From the NCBI RefSeq assembly GCF_022045235.1, contig NW_027266343.1, positions 19,840,001 to 19,904,000 of the forward strand: a stretch of 64,000 nt of DNA. The letters run 5' to 3'. Within the stretch, counting starts at the first letter, position 1. Every line of letters starts with the position of its first letter. A program made the translations under genes and the position numbers. Shown in pieces: positions 27,301-39,786 of this stretch. A model generated the notes under the pieces. That model did not search any database. It saw only the letters and a list, made by a program, of their open reading frames with translations, and was not told where the DNA came from. This stretch comes from Haliotis cracherodii (Eukaryota).

Positions 27301-30300
27301 ATTCGATCATTAAGTCAGAAGCTAATTCAGTTCAGTGGGACTCTGGTTCATTTTGTTATAACTGCTAACGGAAAAAGCTACACTAGGACCTCAGATTGAA
27401 ACACAAACATTGTTTGACAAAAGTTTTGTCATAATTCAATCACTACCCTTTCAAAGGGAGCTCACCCGTATAAAGAGTGCCACTGACTTCCTTGAAATCG
27501 ATGTTAGCTAAAATACAAATTGAGTTGACTGTCATACGAATAGAGTGTTCTCACCTTCAGCGGTGCCTGTCTCTCGAACATCGTGCCGGTAACATTGACC
27601 GCGCCATTGAACAATCTACTGTACCACATGTTCAGAGAAGGTATGGAAGCCTGCAAGAAATATATTGTGAAATAGCATTTACAACTTGTGGGTAACTCAC
27701 TGATTATAAATGATTCCTTAAGGAAACATCAGGGTAATATAAAAAACACACATTTTCATTGTGATTGGAAGACACATTTTGTGAATTACTGTATATAAAC
27801 GCCATCTTGAGATTGCGTCTGCGTATTTCGTCTTCGTTGATATTTCAGTCAATTCGATTGACGAATCCGTTTCTTTGATAGCGCGAATTCAACAAACACT
27901 TACAAAGCTGCCCTTGAGCTGGAACGTCACTCTCTGCTTGGTGACGTTGTAGGGCTCCAGGGGAGGCCGGACACAGATGGAGTGGTCGTGGCTCTGGAGG
28001 AACAAAGAAGAATAAACAATGAGTGTGCAAATGGGTCTCTTTCATCGTGTTTGATTGGATTATCGCTCTTGATCAGACAAACCAGTGGTTGATAGCGTGA
28101 ACCTCGATCTATATGTGTTCAACCAATACGCCAGGAGAGAAAATATCAAAATGAAACAATAAATGTCAATCTACAATTGCACGTACCCACTGCTTTTGAC
28201 ATAATTTCGTATACATCGGTTGAAACAATAAATAGAAATATCAAAGTCTTTTTTAAAAAATACATAAGAACACAATGAGGGAAAATTATTGTAATATAAG
28301 TGACCCCTCACCATGGTTTCTATGACAATAGTGAGGTCTTTGCCATCAGGGCTGACCAGAGAAACGTAGCTTCCTCCTCCGGTGAAATTTCCAACTCCGG
28401 CGCCGTGACGGAGATATTTCCATCCGATGTCCGTGAACTGCGTCGTGTGGGCTGGATAAGAGGCAAATAATGAGGGGTAAGTTGAGGTTTACGTCGTGTA
28501 TCATGGATAAAAGGCAAATAGACAGGGGGTAAGTTGAGGTTTACGTCGTGTATGATGGATAAGAGGCAAATAGTGAGGGGGTAAGTTGAGGTTTACGTCG
28601 AGTATGATGGATAAAAGGCAATGCAAATAGTGAGGGGGTAAGTTGAGGTTTACGTCGTGTATGATGGATAAGAGGCAAATAGTGAGGGGGTAAGTTGAGG
28701 TTTACGTCGTGTATGATGGATAAGAGGCAAATAGTGAGGGGGTAAGTTGAGGTTTACGTCGTGTATGATGGATAAGAGACAAATAGTGAGGGGATGAGTT
28801 GAGGTTTACGTCGTGTATGATGGATAAGAGGCAAATAGTGAGGGGGGTAAGATGAGGTTTACGTCGTGTATGATGGATTAGAGGCAAATAGTGAGGGGGT
28901 AAGTTGAGGTTTACGTCGTGTATGATAGATAAGAGGCAATGCAAATAGTGAGGGGGTAAGTTGAGGTTTACGTCGTGTATGATGGATAAGAGGCAAATAG
29001 TGAGGGGGTAAGTTGAGATTTACGTCGTGTATGATGGATAAGAGGCAAATAGTGAGGGGGTAAGTTGAGGTTTACGTCGTGTATGATGGATAAGAGGCAA
29101 ATAGTGAGGGGGTAAGTTGAGGTTTACGTCGTGTATGATGGATAAGAGGCAAATAGTGAGGGGGGTAAGTTGAGGTTTACGTCGTGTATGATGGATTAGA
29201 GGCAAATAGTGAGGGGGTAAGTTGAGGTTTACGTCGTGTATGATAGATAAGAGGCAATGCAAATAGTGAGGGGGGTAAGTTGAGGTTTACGTCGTGTATG
29301 ATGGATAAGAGGCAAATAGTGAGGGGGTAAGTTGAGATTTACGTCGTGTATGATGGATAAGAGGTAAATAGTGAGGGGATGAGTTGAGGTTTACGTCGTG
29401 TATGATGGATAAGAGGCAAATAGTGAGGGGGGTAAGTTGAGGTTTACGTCGTGTATGATGGATTAGAGGCAAATAGTGAGGGGGTAAGTTGAGGTTTACG
29501 TCGTGTATGATAGATAAGAGGCAATGCAAATAGTGAGGGGGTAAGTTGAGGTTTACGTCGTGTATGATGGATAAGAGGCAAATAGTGAGGGGGTAAGTTG
29601 AGATTTACGATGTGTATGATGGATAAGAGGCAAATAGTGAGGGGGTAAGTTGAGGTTTACGTCGTGTATGATGGATAAGAGGCAAATAGTGAGGGGATGA
29701 GTTGAGTTTTACGCTGCCTTTCGCTAGCAATATGACGGCGAGGGACACCGGTACCAGGACACATATGTTACCCTGTGGGGAATCGAACCCGGGCCTAGGG
29801 TGAACCTTCCATAGAAAAGCAAACATACTTTGAAATGAACATTCATCGAATGTGTCTATCACATATGTTCATTTGGGGACATAAATGGGGAGGTATACAA
29901 CAGACATGTCCTGTTTTACAATGAGTTATATACCTTGATAGATGGCAGTTCAGGTGATGATTTGTTCTCATGAGGATTGACTACTGACACAAGTGAAGGT
30001 ACGCCACATAGCAGGAACACGTTTAGTAACATGATAAAACAACCGCAGTCACCGCAAATGTACTTTCGCACCATTAACTTATGCTAACACTGACCAGTTA
30101 TCCAGATGGGGCTCTCAACGGCGTAGTTTCCGGTCCATGGTTCTACTGCCGTCATTAACCCAGTCCTGAACCACGGCAGGGGGTTGTAGTAGCTGGCTAT
30201 AGCGTTCCAAGATATTGTTCTGAAACATAAGGGTGAAAAGTAACGGTTCCGTGACTGAAATTCCTTTTGAAGCAAAATGGGGATATTCTGTGGATATGTA

Positions 30301-30717
30301 TTTAAATTTGTATTTCTATAACTTATAGAATCCTCATTCATGATGACTGTCGGTGGTTAATACTGTATTATGCATCCATTATCATAACTGTGTACTATTT
30401 GTCCTGTGTCCTATTTGGAAAGGATCACAGTAAAAGGCAGTAAAACTAAAATATGTGCTATTAAAAAACAAATACTCAAAGATGGACCTGCAATTGATTT
30501 CAGATATTAGTCAATTATGAACACAACTTACGCTGTCATGTTCCCATTGACATAGTTCATGTTGAGAATCTGGAAAATCAGAGTCAATCAGTACCTTTAT
30601 TCAAATAAAAAGTGTGAAAGTAATATTTATGTTTGACAGTGATTGTGACGAAGCTCCAGAATATTTAAATTAGGTTTCTGTTTTCAGCAGTTTTCACATT
30701 TCTGCTACGAAACGATC

Positions 30718-30784
<67 letters not shown>

Positions 30785-33700
30785 CTTCCTGACATTAATG
30801 ATTCCATTCGGAATGGTCTGTGCTCCCTGTTCAACCGTCGCCTACCTCAGTCGTATTCTATTAATAATAGGTAAACATCTGACCGATTCGCCACGATACT
30901 TCTCCATCACAATACCTACCCTCCCCCAGCATCCACCCCCGACGTTGTCGTTAAAGGTGCTGTAGTCTTCTGAGGCCCACAGCTGCTTGCCAGTCTTCAT
31001 GGCGGAGGGGTCGGAGAATGTGCCCGGGTAGTGACACCTGGCGGGAATCAGAAAAAAACCCTTGAGTATTAGAATATTTAAAACAGTAAACTTGGGCGTG
31101 TTTGTTTGTAGTAGAACATACCACAATTAAACTTCCTGGGGTCATTCTAAGCACTGAACAACATTCAGAACATTGTTAGCCCAAAACCTCAGAGTCACGG
31201 TTGTCAATGTTGATTATATGCCGTATCGTGACAAAATGTCACTGTGTTGATCTATGAAATTATGAAACTGGCAAACTGCGACGTGGCATGAATTTTTATT
31301 CATTATGCTGAGCAGGATATGATTTTCATAGGTCTACCATTACCCGATATTTTCGACGGCGGCCCCGAGTTCCTCGTCTTGAAGGATATCATCAGCAATC
31401 TCCCACTTCTTGTCAGCACCGACGATCTTCACGTTGCTGAAGCCGTTGTCGTCAAGAGTCTTCCGTAGTAGCTGGATACACAAAATGTGAATACGTTACA
31501 CGGCTTGACCCTTTTAAAGCAAGTTAATAGTTTCGTCCACTGTTTGAAATCAGTTAAGTCCTTACCTTGATGTAGGGAATGCTGTACATACGCTCATTCC
31601 AAATCTAGAACAGAGAAAGGTTTAAATAATGCTTCACGAACAAACACACAATTGTCATTGCCTATGGCTTTTGTATGTCGTGTGAGCAACTATAAAAGGA
31701 TAATGATTTCTTTGATGTTTATTTTCATTGTAACAACATAACGCAGCTTTCACATGATGAATATTTAAATTATTTTCCGTTAAAATAACATGCATAATGA
31801 TGACAAAATAACAAAACTTAAAAATAGGGAAGACAAAACGATTGTGACTGTCCTAAAAAAAGTAAAAACGAACCCCAAGATAGTCTATGGTGAGATTATA
31901 GACAGCTTTAGCTCCCCTAAGCCATTTGAGTACATAGTTAGCAGGTCTTTCTGGGTCGGTCCAGGGGTTGTCTCGGGTAGGTCCCCCTACCCAGCCAGGG
32001 AACGCCCAAGGTAGACCGTACAACTTTATGTTGGGATTTCTCTGAAAATAACAACTCAAATTAAAAATGATTTTACTCCTAGGTCTGGTTACATTCCACA
32101 TTGATTGTAGGTTAAAGTTAGGGACGTGAGAGTCAAACCTGTGAGCCGGGAATATTGATACGTTTCTGTCATTGGGTTACTAAAAAAGGAAATAACATCT
32201 TTGAACAACGACGAACCACACAGGGGTTGATGGTGATATCTGTTTCGGTCATTACGCTAGATAGAGGGTATTTTAAGCTTATTATTGGCAGTTTCAAAGT
32301 GTACGAGAGGATTATGACCTTCTTCGCCTCCAACATGAGCCACCACTCGTATCCTCTCTGGTAGTTCTCCTCCCAGCTGTTGTGCATGTGGGACGCCTCC
32401 GAACCATCTGTTAAGATATATATGATATCGGTTATCACATATCAACAAATTCGTAGTTTTAGTTTTAGAGTATCCAACGTTTCCGCATGTCTAGCATGAG
32501 ATGCACTGAACGATATTTTAAATTTGGACGGATCATTACTTTTAAGGCACCTACCTGTACTGCAAGCATCGCCTCCTATCTCAACTTTTAGTATCTGCAG
32601 CGCTGCTCCAAAATTGGGCTGTAAAGAGAAACTCACTTTAACAAGCCATCCAACAAACAAACTAACCATTGGTAGTATTACCTATTTGACAGGCTCTATA
32701 ATTTCATAACACTGACATAACCTCCCAACCGCTCACCAATGAAAAGGTAAATATCCTGAATTTTGAGTCAAGATCAAGTGAAATTATATATTACAATCTT
32801 ACAGAAAATGTCATCTGTTTTATACAACTGTTAATACAATATTGTTGCATTTCTGGATATATACGTATTTAAGATGTAAACAGAGCAAGTATGACTGACG
32901 GCTAACATTTTAAAAAGTACAGAAACGCATAATTTTGTGTGTAGTTCAATAATGTCAAAATAAACGATACACGTTATGATAACTGTCAAGGCATTTTGTC
33001 ACCTTGAAAAGAAAGTCCAGTACTTGGTCCCTGTAAGGTTGTGGGTAGTTCACCAGCAGCTTGGATGTAGCCTGTGGGAGGGGAAAGAGAGGGTCAGTGA
33101 CATAGTTTGAGAGAATTCCACACATGTAATTTTCATATCCTACCTTTGGCACCATTTAACCTTTTCTTAGTCTGATAAAGCTTCATACCAGAGGCAACAT
33201 AATTGACTTGGAGTTTATCGATGTATACTTGAAAGTTGAATCGCTACCAGGCAGTTAGTTATACAGTTGAGTTGAGTTGTGTTTAACGCCGCTTTTGACA
33301 CAGTATTCCAGTCATATCACGGCGTTTCAGCTTAATGCCCGAGGAAAGCCCGAAGTGATGCAGGTCTGAGACGTTTACCACTTTGGTGAAACCCACGAGC
33401 ACGGGTATGGTGCTGACAAACCTAGAAACATAATCGGGGTGAACCGGGATTCGAACCCACAATCATAGGTTTCTGGCGTGAACATTATGATTTATACTAT
33501 GTCACATCAATACTTCCTTCAGTATAAGTAGCTGAGCTCGGCGTCAAGTCCAAGCAGCATTTATGTTTTCGCTTTAGAGCTATCAAATTAAAAAAATAAA
33601 CAAAATAATACATAGATTACAGTGCTACCATTGATTGCAAGGGATTGTGAAACGATTAATTCAAAATATAAATTTGAAGGCAGTATGTAAATCGTTGAAC

Positions 33701-33789
33701 ATTTTGAATCGACCTAACATGAGGTTGTATACTTGGGTGAAATGGGGTGCAACGTTTTGAGATAATTGCACTTGCATAGCGACGTAGAT

Positions 33790-33839
<50 letters not shown>

Positions 33840-34412
33840 CTGCTTGTACAAGTCCCGACTATTTTATAGTGCTAGCCCACTATGCCGCAGTTTAACATGA
33901 ACATCCCACTCAGACACAGTGTACTCCGAGCCAAGCGCTAGACAGTAGCATCAACAAATACCATCTTTTAACGCCTGAACGTCTGTTGGTATGACGCGTC
34001 CGGGGATCAAACCCCCGACCTTCCTCTCTCTCTCTCTCTGGGCAGACTCTCTGACATTAGACCACTGAGGCAGTCGATATTAAATACAGTGAAGCGGATG
34101 AATTTACAAACAGTATACATTTACATTTACTCCCTTAATCTAGAATAAGATCTCATTGAAACGAAGGACGTCTAATATCAGCTTTCTCCATGTGACTCCC
34201 GGCTTCAGGCATCTAGAGTAATGGAAGCCAGTGTTACACCGCCCCTTCCAGAACAACGGAAAACTTACCCCTCCACCACTAATACCGCCGATCCCATCAA
34301 AGGTCCGTCCATACCCAGTACTGTCATCGATGGGATAGGGTTTTGCTGCATGTGCTGTCATAAATAATGCCCAGACACCCGCAACAGCAATGAAAACACG
34401 ACCGCTCTCCAT
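24380..34412 (-). CDS. GALC: Galactocerebrosidase-like GH59 gene 3, complete, 18 exons, ~693 aa; close paralog of gene 2
   Basis: Exons (minus): 34269-34412, 33003-33071, 32555-32618, 32319-32407, 31874-32041, 31566-31604, 31344-31471, 30920-31037, 30532-30569, 30095-30219, 28312-28451, 27904-27993, 27555-27650, 26951-27092, 26654-26834, 25502-25671, 25003-25079, 24380-24583. Sum 2082 nt, in frame. Same motifs as gene 2, and the introns also align. Confidence 0.95.
24733..24871 (+). mobile_element. Internally deleted SINE family D copy in the last intron of gene 3
   Basis: gtgggttcgaatcccggttcgccccgattatgtttctaggtttgtcagcaccatacccg plus ACTC tail, flanked by repeated attacaacgct. Absent from the homologous gene 2 intron (~11775). 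Confidence 0.75.
28441..29712. repeat. Expanded 52-bp minisatellite (~24 units, higher-order periods 318/318/267 bp) at the exon-11 acceptor of gene 3
   Basis: Unit cgtcgtgtatgatggataagaggcaaatagtgagggggtaagttgaggttta. The variant carrying an extra atgca recurs at 28621, 28939, 29257 and 29524. Confidence 0.95.
30720..30781. repeat. (GA)n microsatellite, ~30 units
   Basis: Direct reading. Confidence 0.98.
33267..33480 (-). mobile_element. 5'-truncated SINE family D copy
   Basis: Matches 21356-21560. Confidence 0.8.
33750..34075 (-). mobile_element. SINE family C copy with internal (GT)n tract
   Basis: Reverse complement of the 38205-38560 element; (GT)n at 33794-33837. Confidence 0.75.
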
Positions 34413-34483
34413 TGTTAGTTATCGTCTACGGTGTCGTCTGCTCGCGCGACACATGCCATAAAGCACGGGTCACAAGGTCTTGG

Positions 34484-34563
34484 CCGGAAGTTTGCCGGAA
34501 GTTTGCCGGAATTAGCACGTGAACTAATTAGAATCGTTTCAGTGTACATGTGTAGATGACTCA
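34484..34563. promoter_or_regulatory. Putative promoter motifs of gene 3: three tandem CCGGAA ETS-type sites, E-box CACGTG, AP-1 TGACTCA
   Basis: ccggaagtttgccggaagtttgccggaa at 34484-34511, cacgtg at 34516-34521, tgactca at 34557-34563. Motif match only. Confidence 0.35.
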
Positions 34564-34721
34564 GACGTGAGGTGGTGTATTGATATTAAACATTTAGCTA
34601 AAGTAGTAAGTTAATATTAAAGAGAATTTATGATTTGAAAATCATATGGTCTCTCTGCGGGGAAGGAGATGGAAGGAAGAGTTACAATTTTGTTAACTTT
34701 CAATCATTTCTTATCATAATG

Positions 34722-34940
34722 ATGTCAGTCATCCAAGGCGCCGCAATGCATCCCTTGGGCACAGCAGAAATCTGTGATCGTGGGTTCGAATCCCGGTTCG
34801 TCCCGGTTATGCTTCTAGGTTTGTCAGCACCAAGCCCGTGTCCTTGGGTTTCTCCAAAGTAGTAATTATTTGAGACATGTATCACTTCCTCACAGATTAA
34901 TCTGACACGCCGTGATATAACTGGAATACTCACTCACTCA
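34722..34940 (+). mobile_element. Degenerate SINE family D copy
   Basis: gtgggttcgaatcccggttcg...ctaggtttgtcagcacc...ctcactcactca. Confidence 0.75.
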
Positions 34941-35711
34941 CATGTTAGGTGCATGGTTTGTATGTTATTATTCCTTCTCTAAATGACTCATGTTGCGGAT
35001 ACCAAGAAAAGTTCAGTCCAGATGGAAAGTTCATAAATATGTGTAATGAATGCAAATGTTATACCTATCGAGCAGGGAATGTTAATACCAATATGTCATT
35101 GTTTTAATGTATTAACAGCTATACTAAATTTCTCTTTTACAGAAAGTGTTAGATAATCATATCATTTTAGAATTACAAATTCTGATTAAATTCATTGCGG
35201 AAAAACAAATATTAATTATGCAACATCTTCCAGTACACTGTATATAGTCTATTGCATGAAAAGTCAGAAAGTTCAATGACGAGGATGATGTTATCAATGC
35301 GTGTCAAGGGAGTATGTTTATCATCTATCTATCACCATCTATGATGGTAGTTGCACTTGTGTAATATGTGTCATCAGGCTATGCAGTAAAATATGCACAT
35401 TGATGATGCAGCATTTTCTCAAAATTCTCTAAAATGTTCTTGACGCATATGAGAAACCTACATTTGATGCAGTCGTCAACACAACCTCCAATAAAGTATC
35501 CATTGATGCCGTTTTCCCAGCCGCTAGCCACTAGACAGTATATTTATGATGAAACATTTTCATTGGTGCTTTTTCCCAACCGCTAGGGAACTCCATGAAT
35601 GTCATTAAGGAGATAGAAATATGATTTACAATACAACATTCAAACAGAGCAACACTGCATACATTCAATAAACTCAACGTTGCGTCCAGTCAGAACACTG
35701 CAACAAACATT

Positions 35712-35923
35712 CAGGCGTTAACCCCGTGACAACCAGTGATTTACACACTGACAAACACGCAAACCAGTTCACCCAACATGCAGGCGTTAACCCCGTGACA
35801 ACCAGTGATTTACACACTGACAAACACGCAAACCAGTTCACCCAACATGCAGGCGTTAACCCCGTGACAACCAGTGATTTACACACGGACAAACACGCAA
35901 ACCAGTTCACACAACATGCAGGC
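35712..35923. repeat. 69-bp tandem repeat, 3 copies, in the spacer between genes 3 and 4
   Basis: Units start at 35712, 35781 and 35850. Confidence 0.95.
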
Positions 35924-36231
35924 TTCTATGACCAGATTCAATACGACAATAGCTATACACTACACGCACCTGCGCCTACACACAAGACGCCTTGCAGGAG
36001 ACGTTGTAGTGTAGGAACACGGTCGACCCCGAGCATTGCTGATGAATACAGAGGATTAGAGTTTGAATCATGCACTGGTTCGACTCCCCATGTGCGCGAG
36101 GTTAGGCATTGGTGATGCCATGCCGAGATCCTTCAGCTATGAAATAATATCGGTGTAAAAGAACATTCACTATTACTCACTCGGGTTGAGTCTTATTCAC
36201 TTAAAACCCCAACTCACCCACTCATGTAACA

Positions 36232-36490
36232 GGACCCGTGAAGACCCGGGGTAGGACAGTTCTTCAGCAACCCATGCTTGCCGTTAAAGGTGACTATGCT
36301 TGTCGTAAAAGACGACTAACGGGATCGAGTGGTCAGGCTCACTGACTTGGTTGATGCATGTCATCGATCCCAATTGCGTGGATCGATGCTCATATAAATC
36401 ACTGGATTGTCTGGTTCAGACTCGATTATTTACAGACCGCCGTCATATAACTGGAATATTACTGAGTGAGGCGTTAAAGAATAAACTCAC
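36232..36490 (+). mobile_element. SINE-like retroposon family B
   Basis: gacccgtgaaga...gggatcg.gtggtcaggctc...gattatttacagaccgccgtcata; reverse complement of 50621-50896. Its 3' end (ctggaatatt..tg..gcgttaaa) is shared with families A and D. Confidence 0.8.
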
Positions 36491-36941
36491 GTAACAGTAT
36501 GTTGCCGGTGTTTTCCATTGTACACATTGTATCAAGGGTGGGAAAGAGAAGTCGGGCTACATCGCCGTGACGAGCGAACGCGTTAATCATTATACGCTAA
36601 CCCACCGCCCCTTTATACAAAACTAGAACATATGTCAACAACAGACAGTCTGTGTGCGAACGCGACATTATTTGCAAACTGTTTATGTAAGCACCTAATT
36701 TGTACAGGTCATGTAGGTTGACACCCACGACCCTCAGTTAGAATTTTATTGAACCCCTGTTGCAAACAACTTAAGAGCACTGATGAAACTGATATCCATT
36801 TGATGATTTCTTTATTTTGTATAGTAATTAAACAACCTATGATACCAGGTGTTCCAGCGCGTCTGTGAGACTAGGCTCGCATATAACTTCCGTATCATCT
36901 AGGTCACTGTCAGCTGATGCGGTGTCGATTTCGCGTCGATC

Positions 36942-39750
36942 ATGTTCACCTTGGCGGTTTCATTTTCCGTCGTGCTGTCAGTGTTGAGTGACAGTTATGT
37001 AATCGACAACACTGGAGGACTGGGGAGGCAGTTCGATGGATTTGGAGCTATCAGCGGTGGAGGGGTAAGTTGAAATGTTGTCGTATGTTATATTTATCAT
37101 GGCATGTGACTAGGGTACGCTATACATGTTCCGGGCTACAGGGCTATGTGATTGCACCCAGCGCGGAACCTGCATTGCTTTATATACTGAAGGCTCATCT
37201 TCTCAACCTTGAATATAAAGGCCTGATACCATCTTCACTGTTTGCTTTTTTGAACGTGAGTATGTTAGTTATACATGTTTCCGGGCGTTGTGAATCCAGG
37301 ATGATCATGTGATGTCGAGTGATATCTGGATATTCACCTCCATTGTTTTCAGTATTATCTTCATGACCGACATCAATCAGCTTTGTTTCTGTAAAAGGCC
37401 TTGAGACCATGTATACAAAAACTGAACAACACAAGAGTGTTTTATTTACCATTGAAGTGAGTTGCTCACATTCATGATTCTTATGCATACACATAAACGT
37501 GACACTTAAAAACATGTAGGTTGAGTTTTAACTATTTTTTATCCCCCGGCATAAAATGCGAGGGTATATAGTCCCCATCTGGTCTGTCTGTATTTCGTTT
37601 ACGGAGCATAACTTGAAAACCGTGAAAGATATTTCATCGAAACTTGAATTAAATGGGCCTGAAGTTGTGCCTGTTGCTATTATAGGGGCAGGGGGGATGT
37701 GTCATCTTCAGTTCGATTTCGATTTCCCTACCACTCCATCCTAAGTTTTCACAGCAATTACATTTCACAATCTGACTTACATGATAACAATGATATATAG
37801 ATGTTCCTGATTTGCAACTGGTCAGAACTGGCTACGCAAGGAAGAGCAATAATGGTAATGGAAATCAATTCTAATAATGCGGGACCAGAACCAAAATTAG
37901 CAGAAAGTATAACGGAAACAAAGAAAAAGTAACATGACTCGCCGTCACAGATAGAAATACTGTTCAACGAGTTGTTAAACCCACCTCTCTGTGTGTATAT
38001 CCTATATATTGATTGACTGCATGTAAACTGTGAAAGGAAGTATATGCTGACTCCGACATGTTGCAGTTCAAGCACATAATGTGTATATGTTCAGGGTCTG
38101 GGAGCATAGGATATCACGAATATATCATTCTCAGTACATACCTATATATTAGATGGCCAGGTCCAAAATAGTTGTAGTCTTTCTAAAATGTACTTTAATG
38201 TAAGGCAGTCTCCGTGGTCTAGTGGTAGAACGTCTACCCGGAGAGCGGAAGGTCCGTGGTTCGATCCCCGGCCGAGTCATATCAAAAGACGTTAAAAGAT
38301 GGTACTTGTTGTTACCCTGTCTGGCGCTCGGCATTAACGGACTAAAACAAGGACTGGTCGGCTCGGAGTCAGTATACTGTGTATGAGTAGGGTATTCATG
38401 TTACACTGCGGCAAGATGTCTCAGTGGGCTAGCCCTACAAAGTCGGCATTAGTCCGGACTAGTACAAGCTGCCACACACACACACACATACACACACGCA
38501 CGTGCATGCACGTCGCTATATAAGTGCAATAATCTTGGACGCGATGTTAAACCCCATTTCGCCTCACGTCACCTCAATTAACAGTCACACAATATCACTT
38601 TTGTCAAATGACTTTGCCCATCGGTTGTGTCGTTGCCTAATGTTTATAGTAAATTATTATTTCGTTCTCAGGCAACTTCCAAGTTATTGGTAAACTACCC
38701 CGAGAAACAGCGAAATGAGATTCTGGATTTGCTGTTCAAGGTATGGACATTGGGTTTTGAAAAAAAAATAATACCTGATGTTTTTCCCCGTTTTTAAACA
38801 GCTGCATATGAATATAAACTGAGTCATTAACTTTAAAATGGTAAGTAAACAATTATTTTGTCCTTTTTTAAAACTTTAGAATGGTAAGTAAACAATTATT
38901 TTGTCCTTCTTCACAGCCTAATTACGGAGCCTCCTTAGATATACTGAAAGTGGAAATCGGGTCCGATGCTCAGAGTTCAGGTAAGTAGTATGAAATAACG
39001 GTAAATGCAACATGCAAGACACATGGTCTATATTGTAAGGACACTAATGATATAAATATTCTTGTTTCCTATGACTATTTCAAAAACAACTGGACCTGTT
39101 AGGGGAGGGTATTAATATATGTTTGGAAGGTTATAAATCTATAAAACAGATTATTACGACAGTCGGAATCGTACAATGGACTCTGCTTTGAGTGGAGATT
39201 TCTTGTGATATGGAAGTATTCAGGCGCCTTTACTCATGTTATATAAGGCACACCTAGTTCGGAGGACATAATTACTTGGTTACATGGGTTGCAAGGTCTA
39301 TCGTTTTGTTAGCCAAGGACAAAATTAAACAGGCCTTTAATTAATACGCATGTATCCAAAAAAGGTTCAAGTTTGATAACGATAATTGAAAAAGGTTAAT
39401 GAATGTGATGCGGATGTCATTACATTGTGGTTGCCATCTTGTCTACTCCATGCCCCCTCCATCAGACGGGACGGAAGCAACCCACATGCGGACAGCCGAG
39501 GATGAGAACTACACCAGGGGATATGAATGGTGGTTGATGAAAGAGGCCAAACAGGTTAGTGCCTTTGCTATAGTTTTGGCTTAATGTGATACAAATGATG
39601 AATATGTAAATCCATGCTATGGAATAATAACAATATTGTTATGTTTTAAAAAGAAATTAAACATCCGTATGTTTATCGTTGTGGTGCCATATAAACAGAC
39701 GCACGCAAACATTTAGATATAAATCCCCCAACTCGTGACCCCCCTCCTCG

Positions 39751-39786
<36 letters not shown>

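Noticed and set aside
28441-29862. Repeated 80-aa ORFs ([19 protein letters not shown]...) and a CRISPR-like appearance
   Set aside because: Head-to-tail intronic minisatellite with no unique spacers and no cas genes, in eukaryotic DNA. The ORFs are by-products of the repeat.
35674-36115. 129-aa ORF with 23-aa repeats
   Set aside because: Arises from a 69-bp tandem repeat, starts at a non-ATG codon, and has no splice or domain support.
36917-36919. Upstream ATG as the start of gene 4
   Set aside because: Out of frame with exon 1. The in-frame ATG at 36942 is preceded by an in-frame TGA at 36915.
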